Shown piece by piece: positions 9,525 through 18,586 of a stretch of DNA of 64,000 nt (position 1 is the first letter of the stretch; each line of letters starts with the position of its first letter). The notes beneath the pieces are model-generated. The model searched no databases, was not told the origin of the DNA, and worked only from the letters and a program-made list of their open reading frames with translations. This DNA is from a candidate division LCP-89 bacterium (GTDB taxonomy: Bacteria > Electryoneota > B3-LCP): contig JALGVT010000004.1 of assembly GCA_025774555.1 (NCBI GenBank), positions 12,013-76,012 on the forward strand, read 5' to 3'. The translations under genes were made by a program, and so were the position numbers.

Positions 9525-11381
9525 ATGCGATTTTTCATCAGAAGCGTTATATTAGTTTCTCTCACCCTCATATCCTTCACCAATGCCAAAGCGCAGTGGT
9601 GGGATACGACTTCCGTGGGCACTACCTGGTATCACAACCAACACAACGGCTCGACCGGCAGGATGATTGTTGTAGGTGATGACGGTTATATCCATATGGT
9701 TTGGACGAACGGTCTTCAAGTGAGTAATACAGACCGTCATATATATTATAACTATGTCGATCCGGCTGGTACGCTCGGTTGGCCCTATGGTTATGCGGTC
9801 GAGTCTTCTGTGCGAGCGGGTTACACCACTTTGGATGTTATGGATAGTGGTATCGCCTGCCCGGCATTTCATCAACAAACAGGTTTTTCGCAGAATCATC
9901 ACACAGCAGTAGCAGCGGATTTCTTTCCACATGCTGCCGCTTTCCTCACTACAGAACCGGATTGGTTGTATGAGGGTGGGTATGACCTTGAGATCATCTG
10001 GCCCAAGATGCAGATCGACCGGCAGGGACGCTTTCATATCATCGCGACGGAGAATGTCAATGTAGCCGGCGCTCCACGGCGCCAGTATTACACTTATGGC
10101 ATCTATGATCCGTTAATGTACACGATCAATTTTCCTCCTGCGCCTGATACCTGGATCGAAATAGGTCATACACAGACACTCGCTGCTGACGTGGCGACGT
10201 CTGACATTACAAATCGAGTAGCCTTTGGGTGGACTCGCTGCCGCGAGGAAGGGTATCCATCGGGCACAGAACCATACACCAATCTAAACAACGACATTTA
10301 CATTCTAATCGATGATGATGGCCTTGATCCACACTTTAATGACGCTTTTAATCTGACCCAGTTCCTTCCACCCGATCCACAATGGCTGCCTGATTCATTG
10401 ATGGCCAACCGGGATACCTTGCGCGCTTTTCGAGACATGTCTCTGTTTTTTGATCAGGATGACTACCTGCACGTCGCTTTCACTACGATCCATTATTATG
10501 CCTTACAGCAACAATCGCATGTCAATGCTTCTCTGATCTGGCACTGGACAGAGCAATTCCCGGGTGAATTCAAACTTATAGCCAACGAGTTTAATCTGTA
10601 CGACAGCGTTTATTGCGGTGAAAACAACGTCAAAGTCCAGCGACCATCACTGGGGCAGAATGCCGAAACGGGCTATCTCTACTGCGCCTACCAGGTGTTC
10701 GATACGGATTCCAATGCACTAAGTTTTTTCGGTTTGCCCTCGGGCGAGATCTATGTCTCCGTTTCAACCGATTGCGGTTATAACTGGGCTGTCGGAACGA
10801 ATATAACCAGGTCGATCACGCCGCCCGGTGGGCTACCGGGTGAATGCAAGAACGAGATCCATCCGAGCATGGCGAAGGTGGTCGATAATAACTGTCATAT
10901 TTTGTACATTCTGGATCGTGATGCGGGCTGGGACCCGGGGATCGATCCGACCATCAAATCGGTGATCTATCATTGTCCGCAGATCGATGTTATCCCCACT
11001 ATGCCATTGATACCTCAGGACGTTCCTTTCCATACTGGATATCCTGGAATTACTGAACATGACGATATGACATCACCAGTTGATTATATCATAAGCCAGG
11101 TATTTCCCAATCCCTTCAATCCCAAAACAAAGATCACTTTTCAGTTACCCGTGGCGAGTGATGTTAGAGTGGATGTGTTTGATATTAGGGGGCGGAATGT
11201 AGGGGCGCACGGCCGTGCGCCCCTACATAGCGTCGGATTCGGGGAATCCGACCTACAATGGTATTCACATGGCGCACACCAAATCACCTTTGATGGATCA
11301 GGATTGTCATCAGGTATCTATATCTATCGCTTGACGGCAGGTGACTTCATCGGGATAGGGAAAATGGTGCTGATGAAATAG
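9525..11381 (+). CDS. secreted beta-propeller-like protein with T9SS C-terminal sorting domain (CTD carries an in-frame repeat insertion)
   Basis: It has a signal peptide, repeated ...G.IH.VWT.-type blades related to the ORFs at 35822 and 37741, and a C-terminal NPFNPKTKITFQLP...SGIYIYRL...GKMVLMK. Confidence 0.75.
   Translation: MRFFIRSVILVSLTLISFTNAKAQWWDTTSVGTTWYHNQHNGSTGRMIVVGDDGYIHMVWTNGLQVSNTDRHIYYNYVDPAGTLGWPYGYAVESSVRAGYTTLDVMDSGIACPAFHQQTGFSQNHHTAVAADFFPHAAAFLTTEPDWLYEGGYDLEIIWPKMQIDRQGRFHIIATENVNVAGAPRRQYYTYGIYDPLMYTINFPPAPDTWIEIGHTQTLAADVATSDITNRVAFGWTRCREEGYPSGTEPYTNLNNDIYILIDDDGLDPHFNDAFNLTQFLPPDPQWLPDSLMANRDTLRAFRDMSLFFDQDDYLHVAFTTIHYYALQQQSHVNASLIWHWTEQFPGEFKLIANEFNLYDSVYCGENNVKVQRPSLGQNAETGYLYCAYQVFDTDSNALSFFGLPSGEIYVSVSTDCGYNWAVGTNITRSITPPGGLPGECKNEIHPSMAKVVDNNCHILYILDRDAGWDPGIDPTIKSVIYHCPQIDVIPTMPLIPQDVPFHTGYPGITEHDDMTSPVDYIISQVFPNPFNPKTKITFQLPVASDVRVDVFDIRGRNVGAHGRAPLHSVGFGESDLQWYSHGAHQITFDGSGLSSGIYIYRLTAGDFIGIGKMVLMK
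11199..11257 (+). repeat. two REP-like GTAG...CTAC hairpin units inside the CTD coding sequence
   Basis: The units are GTAGGGGCGCACGGCCGTGCGCCCCTACA and TAGCGTCGGATTCGGGGAATCCGACCTACA. The same unit types occur intergenically at 46484-46508 and 56170-56196. Confidence 0.65.
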
Positions 11382-11392
11382 TGTACAACCAT

Positions 11393-11517
11393 GTCACTCC
11401 GGCTTGTCCTGTCCGTAGGTTCGTAGAATTCCAATGGAGACTCCGGTGGAGAGTCAGACATGGTTCATCCATCAGATTCTCCAAAGGAGTCCTACGGACC
11501 CGGCAAGCTGGAATGAC
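11393..11517. repeat. 125-nt imperfect palindrome (MITE-like)
   Basis: The ends GTCACTCCGGCTTGTCCTGTCCGTAGG ... CCTACGGACCCGGCAAGCTGGAATGAC are inverted repeats. Confidence 0.55.
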
Positions 11518-11535
11518 GGATGAACAATTGATATT

Positions 11536-11680
11536 GGGGCTGTCCCAAAAGTAACTTTTATAGTCATCGCGAACGAAGTGTGGCGATCCTTAAGGTTTTG
11601 TAAAACAGGAGATTGCCACGTCATCAGCCGGACGGCTGATTCCTCGCAATGACGCGATTCTATGCTTTTAGGACAGCCTC
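11536..11680. mobile_element. 145-nt MITE-like palindromic element, copy 1
   Basis: Terminal inverted repeats are GGGGCTGTCCCAAAAG ... CTTTTAGGACAGCCTC, with internal inverted halves (GTCATCGCGAACGAAGTGTGGCGATCC / GAGATTGCCACGTCAT..CCTCGCAATGAC). A paralogous copy lies at 56206-56349. Confidence 0.6.
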
Positions 11681-11684
11681 TTCT

Positions 11685-13172
11685 TCAATCCACCCTGTCC
11701 GGATCATTCCAGTAGAAGCGGGTGACGCCGTATTCAGTCCCCAGCAGGAGATAATTGCCATCAGGGTAAATTGAGAGCACATTATCGTCGATTAAGCCGT
11801 CATTGCGGGTATATTGATGCCAGTAATTGCGCTTCCGGTCGAACTTCCATAAACCTCTGTTCGTGCCAACCCAGACTAACAATCCTTCAGCATACACCGC
11901 GTTGACCTCTGCGCCTCCGAAGTGCGCCTGAGCGGGATAGCCGGTCTGTTCCATATCATCTTTGCTGATAACTTCCACACCGTACAATCGTCCCACCCAT
12001 AATTCATCTTCAGTCGAATGCAGCGTGTAAACCGGTCCGCCTATGCCGCCATCGAAACCGACCCATTCTCCGGTTGCTGTTTTCTTGTCGAGCTTGAATA
12101 ATCCCAGTTCTCCACCGATCCACACCGCCTTCCGATCTACTGCTATCTTGTAGATTGGCTGCAGATGCAGCGCTTTGTGCTGGAACCTTTGCACCGGTCC
12201 TTTTGGCAGGATCACCCGGCAGACTCCATCTTCCGTCCCCACCCAGGCGGTATCTTTATCGACGGCAACGCAGGTCGTTTCATTCGACCAGAGCCCTTCT
12301 CTGATTGTCCAATTGCGGCAGTCGCCGTTTTTCAGGTCGATTTGAGCCAGACCATAATCGGTCGCCGCCAACAGCCATTTCCCCGAAACAGTCAGGTCGT
12401 TGATCCAGGCGCTTTCCAAGCCAGTCGTATATTCCCGGTCGATATGATCCCAGACGTTCTTAACTCGTTTCCAGAAAGTGATGCCGCCATCGCGGTTGTG
12501 TCCCGCAAATATCGTCCAACCTTTTCCGCGGGCAATACTGCGGACGTCCAAGCCGGTCAATCCCAGTTCCCAGACCGTGCCCCGCTTGGAATGTCTGTCC
12601 ATCTGCAGCATTCCAATCCCGTCAATGCCAACCCAGGTGCCGCCCCACTCATCATCAGCCGTGACGCCGTAGCTGTATTTCTTCAGGTTGCTGTCCATAA
12701 TGACGTCGTTTCCGTGCGTAAAATAACTCTTGCGGGAGAACAAGAAATCAGGCGGACTGATGAAAGCTGCGTCCACACCGTCCGTTATGATGGCAGGGCT
12801 GAAGCCGCAACTGGTCGGTTTCCAGTATTTGGCAACCGGATTGTAGTAATAAGCTCCGTGATTCGTCAGAACCGCCACTTCATCGTTTTCCGGCAGATAA
12901 TCCACATTGAGCGCATAGCGCAGATCGGTGCTGTATTGAAAGCCCCGAACGACCACCCAGGGAGCAAGCCATTTGTTCTTGTAGCGGTCATATCGCAGCA
13001 CGCCTCCATCTGTTGCGATGTAAATCTTTCTACGTCCTACTGCGATATCATTGATCTGATGAAAATCGGAGTAAGATACCCAGTCGCCTTCCTCATATTT
13101 CGTTTGGCAGGTTAAGTTTACCGGGAATAGGATAATCAGAATAAAAAATGCAAGTGACCAATTAAGTATCAT
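11685..13172 (-). CDS. secreted protein with beta-propeller (Reg_prop/WD-like) repeats
   Basis: The ORF runs to 13262, but the signal-peptide-like MILNWSLAFFILIILFPVNLTCQ starts at the ATG at 13172. Repeated ..LWVGT..GL..FD.. blades are present. Confidence 0.65.
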   Translation of the reverse strand: MILNWSLAFFILIILFPVNLTCQTKYEEGDWVSYSDFHQINDIAVGRRKIYIATDGGVLRYDRYKNKWLAPWVVVRGFQYSTDLRYALNVDYLPENDEVAVLTNHGAYYYNPVAKYWKPTSCGFSPAIITDGVDAAFISPPDFLFSRKSYFTHGNDVIMDSNLKKYSYGVTADDEWGGTWVGIDGIGMLQMDRHSKRGTVWELGLTGLDVRSIARGKGWTIFAGHNRDGGITFWKRVKNVWDHIDREYTTGLESAWINDLTVSGKWLLAATDYGLAQIDLKNGDCRNWTIREGLWSNETTCVAVDKDTAWVGTEDGVCRVILPKGPVQRFQHKALHLQPIYKIAVDRKAVWIGGELGLFKLDKKTATGEWVGFDGGIGGPVYTLHSTEDELWVGRLYGVEVISKDDMEQTGYPAQAHFGGAEVNAVYAEGLLVWVGTNRGLWKFDRKRNYWHQYTRNDGLIDDNVLSIYPDGNYLLLGTEYGVTRFYWNDPDRVD

Positions 13173-13303
13173 TTTGATTTTATAAGATATACACATGTGA
13201 TTTGATCTCCAGTAACTCGATGTTATAAGTTCTATACGCTCAAGGGGAGTGTTGAGTTTCAAGCACCTGGGAAAAGTGAATTATCGAATATATCAGAAAG
13301 CGC

Positions 13304-13332
13304 TTGACTATGGCGGCGAAGATTCTTAAATT
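13304..13332 (+). promoter_or_regulatory. sigma70-type promoter (TTGACT-17-TAAATT)
   Basis: Hexamer match 117 nt upstream of tkt. Confidence 0.35.
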
Positions 13333-13448
13333 TCTTAACTTGAATTATAATAGATTACATTTTCCGCTGCTTCGAATGCCTGCTGTCCCTGACAGAAAAT
13401 GGCGAACTGCGCTGTATTCGGAAGAGTGGAGAAATCATAGGAGGAACA

Positions 13449-15455
13449 ATGGCAATAATCGATTCAAAAACTGGAAATATTCGTAAAGAATATAGTGTTG
13501 ACCAGCTGGTAGAAGAAGCGAAAAGGATGCGCGCCTATAATCTGATCTCACTCTGTGCTGCGGGATCAGGTCATTCAGGCGGGACGCTGTCCGCGATGGA
13601 TATTACCACAGCTCTTTACCTGCATAATGCAAATCACGATCCCGAGAATCCCAACTGGGACGACCGCGATCGCATTATCTGGTCCACCGGGCATAAAGCT
13701 CCAAATCTCTATTTAGGTTTGGGATTCTCAGGCTATTTTGAGTTGGATGACGTAGTGCGCCTGCGCCGTTTATGGGCTCCTTACCAGGGACACCCACACT
13801 GGCTCAAGATGAAGGGCATAGAAGCTTCGACCGGATCGCTGGGGCAGGGACTTTCCATCGCCGTGGGAATGGCGCTGCGCGGTAAGATGGACAATAAGGA
13901 TTTCCATGTATTCAGCCTCAATGGCGACGGTGAACAGCAGGAAGGGCAGATCTGGGAAGCGGTCATGGAAGCCGGTCACTTCAAATTAGACAACCTGATC
14001 AGCATTATAGACATGAATCGTCTGCAAATTGACGGCTGGGTATCCGATGTGATGGACGTCGAGCCGATTGATGAGAAATACCGGGCTTTTGGATGGAATG
14101 TTATAGATATCGATGGTCACGATATGCAGCAGGTCGTCGATGCGATTGATTCAGCGAAAAAGCATACTGGATCGCCAACTGTTATCTTAGCCCGCACTGT
14201 AAAAGGTAAGGGAGTGTCGTTCATGGAAGACGTTGCCGGCTGGCACGGCAAGGCTCCTTCCTATGATGAACTGGAAAAAGCTCTCGAAGAATTGGGACTG
14301 AAGGATAAAATAGATTATAATGCGCTGTTAGACCGAGCTAAGAACTACCAGATTGCAGTCGATGCCAAGATGGAAGCAAAGCAGCCTAAATTCAGCCGCG
14401 ACTTCTGGTGGAATCATCAAAACAGCATGAAAGTGGAAATGGACCCGACCCGCAAGGGATTTGGACGCGGTCTTGAAAAGTACGGCGATGATGAGAGAGT
14501 GGTCTGTCTGGGGATGGATATCTCAGGATCGATCACCATAGATCAGTTTTATAAGAACAATCCCGAACGCAAAAACCGCTTCATTTCAATCGGTATAGCT
14601 GAACAATCAGGCACCTGCGCCGCTGCCGGGTTTGCAAGAGAAGGCAAACTGCCGGTCATTGGCACTTATGGCGTTTTCTCTTCAGGTCGTAATCTGGATC
14701 AGGTTCGCACAACCGTAGCGTATGGCGGATTCAACGTCTTCATCGCCGGAGCGCATGGCGGCGTTTCCGTCGGTCCGGACGGCGCCACACATCAGGCTTT
14801 GGAAGAGCTGTTTAACATGTGCGGCATTCCCGGTATGATCGTCAGCGTTCCCTGCGACTCAGTCGAAACATTGAAAGCAACGGGGGACCTGCTGCTGAAT
14901 ATAGACGGTCCCAAGTTCGTTCGTTTCGCACGCGAAGCGACGCCGATTGTAAGCGCTGATGACACGCCTTATGTGTTCGGCAAAGCTAACGTGATCCGTT
15001 TCCGTGGTGAACGGGACAAGTTTATCGATGCTTTTGAAACGGTTCTGGCATCCGAATATAATAACGAGAACGAAGACCTGGCAATTATCGCCTGCGGACC
15101 TATGGTCCCCGAAGCAATGCGCGCTGCCTGGATACTGAAGACTGACCTCAATCTGGAAACACGGGTTGTCAACATGCACACCATCAAGCCGCTTGACAAA
15201 GAAGCCATTGTTCACGCTGCCGCTGATACCGGCATTGTTATTACCGCGGAAGAGCATCAAGTCGGCGGTATGGGCAATCTGGTTGCCGCGGCAATTCTGG
15301 GGGACACGCGGTCAGCCGGCAAAGCGGCAAAATTCGGCATGATCGGCGTCAAGGATCGCTTTGGTGAATCGGGCGCGCCCTGGGAACTGATCAAAGAATT
15401 CGAGGTTTCCGGTGAACATATTGCGCAGATGGCGAAAGAGCTGATGGGGAAGTGA
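13449..15455 (+). CDS. tkt: transketolase
   Basis: 668 aa with GSGHSGGTLS, a GDG.QQEGQ.WEA ThDP motif and the pyrimidine-binding and C-terminal domains. Confidence 0.9.
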   Translation: MAIIDSKTGNIRKEYSVDQLVEEAKRMRAYNLISLCAAGSGHSGGTLSAMDITTALYLHNANHDPENPNWDDRDRIIWSTGHKAPNLYLGLGFSGYFELDDVVRLRRLWAPYQGHPHWLKMKGIEASTGSLGQGLSIAVGMALRGKMDNKDFHVFSLNGDGEQQEGQIWEAVMEAGHFKLDNLISIIDMNRLQIDGWVSDVMDVEPIDEKYRAFGWNVIDIDGHDMQQVVDAIDSAKKHTGSPTVILARTVKGKGVSFMEDVAGWHGKAPSYDELEKALEELGLKDKIDYNALLDRAKNYQIAVDAKMEAKQPKFSRDFWWNHQNSMKVEMDPTRKGFGRGLEKYGDDERVVCLGMDISGSITIDQFYKNNPERKNRFISIGIAEQSGTCAAAGFAREGKLPVIGTYGVFSSGRNLDQVRTTVAYGGFNVFIAGAHGGVSVGPDGATHQALEELFNMCGIPGMIVSVPCDSVETLKATGDLLLNIDGPKFVRFAREATPIVSADDTPYVFGKANVIRFRGERDKFIDAFETVLASEYNNENEDLAIIACGPMVPEAMRAAWILKTDLNLETRVVNMHTIKPLDKEAIVHAAADTGIVITAEEHQVGGMGNLVAAAILGDTRSAGKAAKFGMIGVKDRFGESGAPWELIKEFEVSGEHIAQMAKELMGK

Positions 15456-15527
15456 TAATTGGATAAATGCATGCGTCAGATGTTTGTCGGACGCTTCAAT
15501 ACGATAAATAAGTTGGAGGAGAAATAA

Positions 15528-16691
15528 ATGAAATTAGCATCCCGCATGAGCCGTTTAGGCACGGAAACGGCATTTGAAGTTCTGGCGAAAGCAAAGGCTT
15601 TGGAAGCTCAGGGTAAACATATGGTTCACCTTGAAATAGGCGAACCCGATTTCGATACTCCAAAGAATATATGTGATGCCGCCATCACAGCTTTAAATAA
15701 CGGCGAAACACATTATAACCCATCCGCCGGCATCCTTCCTTTAAAGGCAGCCATCGCGGAGGATATAGCTAAACGCCGCGGCATCGAAGTCAGACCGGAA
15801 GAGGTCGTGGTTACGCCCGGCGCCAAGCCTATCATGTTCTTCGTGATTTTAGCTCTGGCGGAAAAAGGCGACGAAGTCATCTATCCTAATCCCGGTTTTC
15901 CCATCTACGAATCGGTGATCAACTGGGTAGGCGCGAAGGCGGTGCCGATTCCTCTTAAGGAAGAATTTGAGTTCAGCTTTGACATAGAAGATCTGAAAAA
16001 ACTGGTAAATGACAAAACTAAGCTGATTATCGTCAATTCCCCGCATAATCCCACCGGCGGCGTTTTAACGAAAGAAGACCTCGAACAGATCGCAGAACTG
16101 GCGATAAAGCACGACTGTTACGTTCTCACAGATGAAGTGTACTGCAATATCATCTATGAAGGTGAGCACAACAGCATCTCAACTATTCCCGGGATGCGTG
16201 AGAGGACCATCATTCTGGACGGTTTCTCTAAGACGTATGCTATGACTGGATGGCGCGCAGGATACGGCGTTATGCCTCCGCAATTTGCCGATCAGATCGC
16301 CAGATTGCAGACCAATTCCAACTCCTGCGTCAATACTTTTGTGCAGCATGCTTGCATCGAAGCGATCAAGGGACCGCAGGATGGTGTTACTAAGATGGTC
16401 GCTGAATTCAAGCGCCGCCGCGACGTCATCGTCGATGGGTTGAACGAAATCCCCGGATTCAAATGCCTTCGACCGCATGGCGCATTCTACGTATTCCCGA
16501 ACATCGGAGAGCTGCCCATCGGCAGCAGGGAACTGGAACAGTATCTGTTGGATGAAGCCGGTGTGGCAGCATTATCAGGCACATCTTTCGGTCAGTATGG
16601 TGATGGATATGTTCGTTTCTCATACGCCAATTCCGTGGAAAACATCAAACTCGCGCTTGATCGAATCAGAGAAGCAGTTGCCAAACTATAG
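15528..16691 (+). CDS. class I/II PLP-dependent aminotransferase (aspartate aminotransferase-like)
   Basis: NPHNPTGGV and SFSKTYAMTGWRAGY (PLP lysine) are present. 387 aa. Confidence 0.85.
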   Translation: MKLASRMSRLGTETAFEVLAKAKALEAQGKHMVHLEIGEPDFDTPKNICDAAITALNNGETHYNPSAGILPLKAAIAEDIAKRRGIEVRPEEVVVTPGAKPIMFFVILALAEKGDEVIYPNPGFPIYESVINWVGAKAVPIPLKEEFEFSFDIEDLKKLVNDKTKLIIVNSPHNPTGGVLTKEDLEQIAELAIKHDCYVLTDEVYCNIIYEGEHNSISTIPGMRERTIILDGFSKTYAMTGWRAGYGVMPPQFADQIARLQTNSNSCVNTFVQHACIEAIKGPQDGVTKMVAEFKRRRDVIVDGLNEIPGFKCLRPHGAFYVFPNIGELPIGSRELEQYLLDEAGVAALSGTSFGQYGDGYVRFSYANSVENIKLALDRIREAVAKL

Positions 16692-16699
16692 GATCTCTT

Positions 16700-17794
16700 A
16701 TGCAGGAATCTGAACTGAAGAGAACAGCTCTCTATGAAGTTCATAAGTCGTGGGGGGCTAAGATCGTTCCCTTTGCCGGATTTTTGATGCCGGTGCAATA
16801 TAAGGGGATCATGGCTGAACATAAACGCGTCAGAACCACTGTTGGTCTGTTCGACGTATCACACATGGGCGAATTTCAATTTAGCGGTCCTGATGCCGAG
16901 AAATTTCTCAATAAGATGACTATCAACAATGTCGCCAAGCTCGATATTGGTCAGGTTCAGTATTCCGCCATGTGTTATAACGATGGCGGGATTGTCGATG
17001 ATCTGTTGACTTATCGCTTTGACGATCACTATGTTCTGGTCGTAAATGCTTCCAATCTCAAGAAAGATCGCGATTGGATTCAGGAACACATCCCGGAACA
17101 GGGCGTGGACTTCGATGACATCTCAGATGACATTACCCTGTTAGCCGTACAGGGACCCAGATCGCTCGATCTCTTGAAAACGATCTCTTCGGAGAGTATC
17201 GAGGATATCCCGTTCTACCATTTTATTATCGGACAAATCGCCGGTATGGACGCGGTAATATCACGCACGGGATACACGGGTGAGCTGGGTTTTGAATTAT
17301 ACATCTCCAGATCAAATTCTCTTGAACTCTGGAACGCCGTCGTCGAAGCGGGACAAAATTTTGATCTGGAACCGATAGGCTTGGGCGCCAGGGACACGCT
17401 GCGCATGGAGATGAAATATTGTCTGTACGGCAATGATATCGATGCAACGACGAATCCATTGGAAGCTGGCTTAGGTTGGATTACTAAACTCAAGAAAGGC
17501 AACTTTATCGGTAGAGATGCCATCATAGCCGCAAAGGAGCGGGGATTGAAAAGATGTCTTGTCGGATTTGAAGCTATCGACAAATCGATTCCCAGGAAGG
17601 GGTATCCGTTATTTAAGGATAATCTTCAGATTGGGACAACTACGAGCGGCACTCATTCGCCCATGTTGAATCGTGGAATCGGCATCGGTTATGTTTCAAA
17701 GAATCATGCTGAAGTCGGGAATGAAATACTCATGGAGACACGCGGTAAGATGAATCCGGTGAAGATCGTCGAGACTCCATTTTACAAACCATAA
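16700..17794 (+). CDS. gcvT: glycine cleavage system aminomethyltransferase T
   Basis: ...LYE.H...GAK.VPFAGF.MPVQY..I..EH..VR...GLFDVSHMG... is typical GcvT. 364 aa. Confidence 0.9.
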   Translation: MQESELKRTALYEVHKSWGAKIVPFAGFLMPVQYKGIMAEHKRVRTTVGLFDVSHMGEFQFSGPDAEKFLNKMTINNVAKLDIGQVQYSAMCYNDGGIVDDLLTYRFDDHYVLVVNASNLKKDRDWIQEHIPEQGVDFDDISDDITLLAVQGPRSLDLLKTISSESIEDIPFYHFIIGQIAGMDAVISRTGYTGELGFELYISRSNSLELWNAVVEAGQNFDLEPIGLGARDTLRMEMKYCLYGNDIDATTNPLEAGLGWITKLKKGNFIGRDAIIAAKERGLKRCLVGFEAIDKSIPRKGYPLFKDNLQIGTTTSGTHSPMLNRGIGIGYVSKNHAEVGNEILMETRGKMNPVKIVETPFYKP

Positions 17795-17822
17795 CCGCTA
17801 CTGAAGGGATGACAGCGCAGTA

Positions 17823-18548
17823 ATGAAGATCAATGTACATCTGACCCCCTACGAAGTAACCGAAGAGAGGATAAAAGATACCACCGCTGTTGTGGTGGAT
17901 GTATTGCGGGCGAGCACCTCCATCTGTGCCGCATTGGGAGCGGGCGCCAGGGAAATCGTGCCGGCTGAATCTTCCTCTTCAGCTATTCAATTAGCTTCTC
18001 TTCTGTCCAGAGATTCCATTCTGCTATGCGGTGAACGAGAAGGCTTACTGATCGAAGGGTTCGATCTGGGGAATTCGCCCTTTCAATATACGCCGTCTGT
18101 TGTCAAAGGGAAAACACTGATTTTTGCCAGCACCAACGGTACTCCTACAATTATCAAGACGCGTCAGGCGCATCGCATAATCATTTGCGGTTTCGTTAAT
18201 CTCGATGTTGTCGTTAAAGCATTATCAGAAACGTCAGAGAAGATAAATATTGTCTGCGCTGGTAAACTGGGGCAGTTTGCGATAGAAGACGTAGTCTGCG
18301 CCGGTTTGGTTCTGCGCGATTTAGGAAGAAAAATCGAGCAGGAAATTGAATTGAACGACGGTGCCACTGCGGCATTGAACCTTGCTGAACAGTACCAGGA
18401 TTCGATTCCCGATATCGTCGCTAATTCGTATCACGGTCGTTATCTGACGTCCATCGGTATGGAAGCAGACCTGCCGTTCTGCGCTGACCTGAACCGTCTC
18501 CCGTTGCTGCCGGTATTTAACGATGGACGAATAACCACAGCAAAGTAG
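17823..18548 (+). CDS. comB: 2-phosphosulfolactate phosphatase family protein
   Basis: VVVDVLRASTSI... and the overall length (241 aa) fit the ComB family. Confidence 0.75.
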   Translation: MKINVHLTPYEVTEERIKDTTAVVVDVLRASTSICAALGAGAREIVPAESSSSAIQLASLLSRDSILLCGEREGLLIEGFDLGNSPFQYTPSVVKGKTLIFASTNGTPTIIKTRQAHRIIICGFVNLDVVVKALSETSEKINIVCAGKLGQFAIEDVVCAGLVLRDLGRKIEQEIELNDGATAALNLAEQYQDSIPDIVANSYHGRYLTSIGMEADLPFCADLNRLPLLPVFNDGRITTAK

Positions 18549-18586
18549 TCTTTGCTTTCGGCGGTTTTTAAAGGGGGTGCCCACGC

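Noticed and set aside
12165-13115. A 316-aa ORF antisense to the 11685-13172 propeller gene.
   Set aside because: It fully overlaps a gene with clear repeat and signal-peptide structure. Its product is low-complexity (Pro/Arg/Ala-rich) with no start context, which is a typical shadow ORF.
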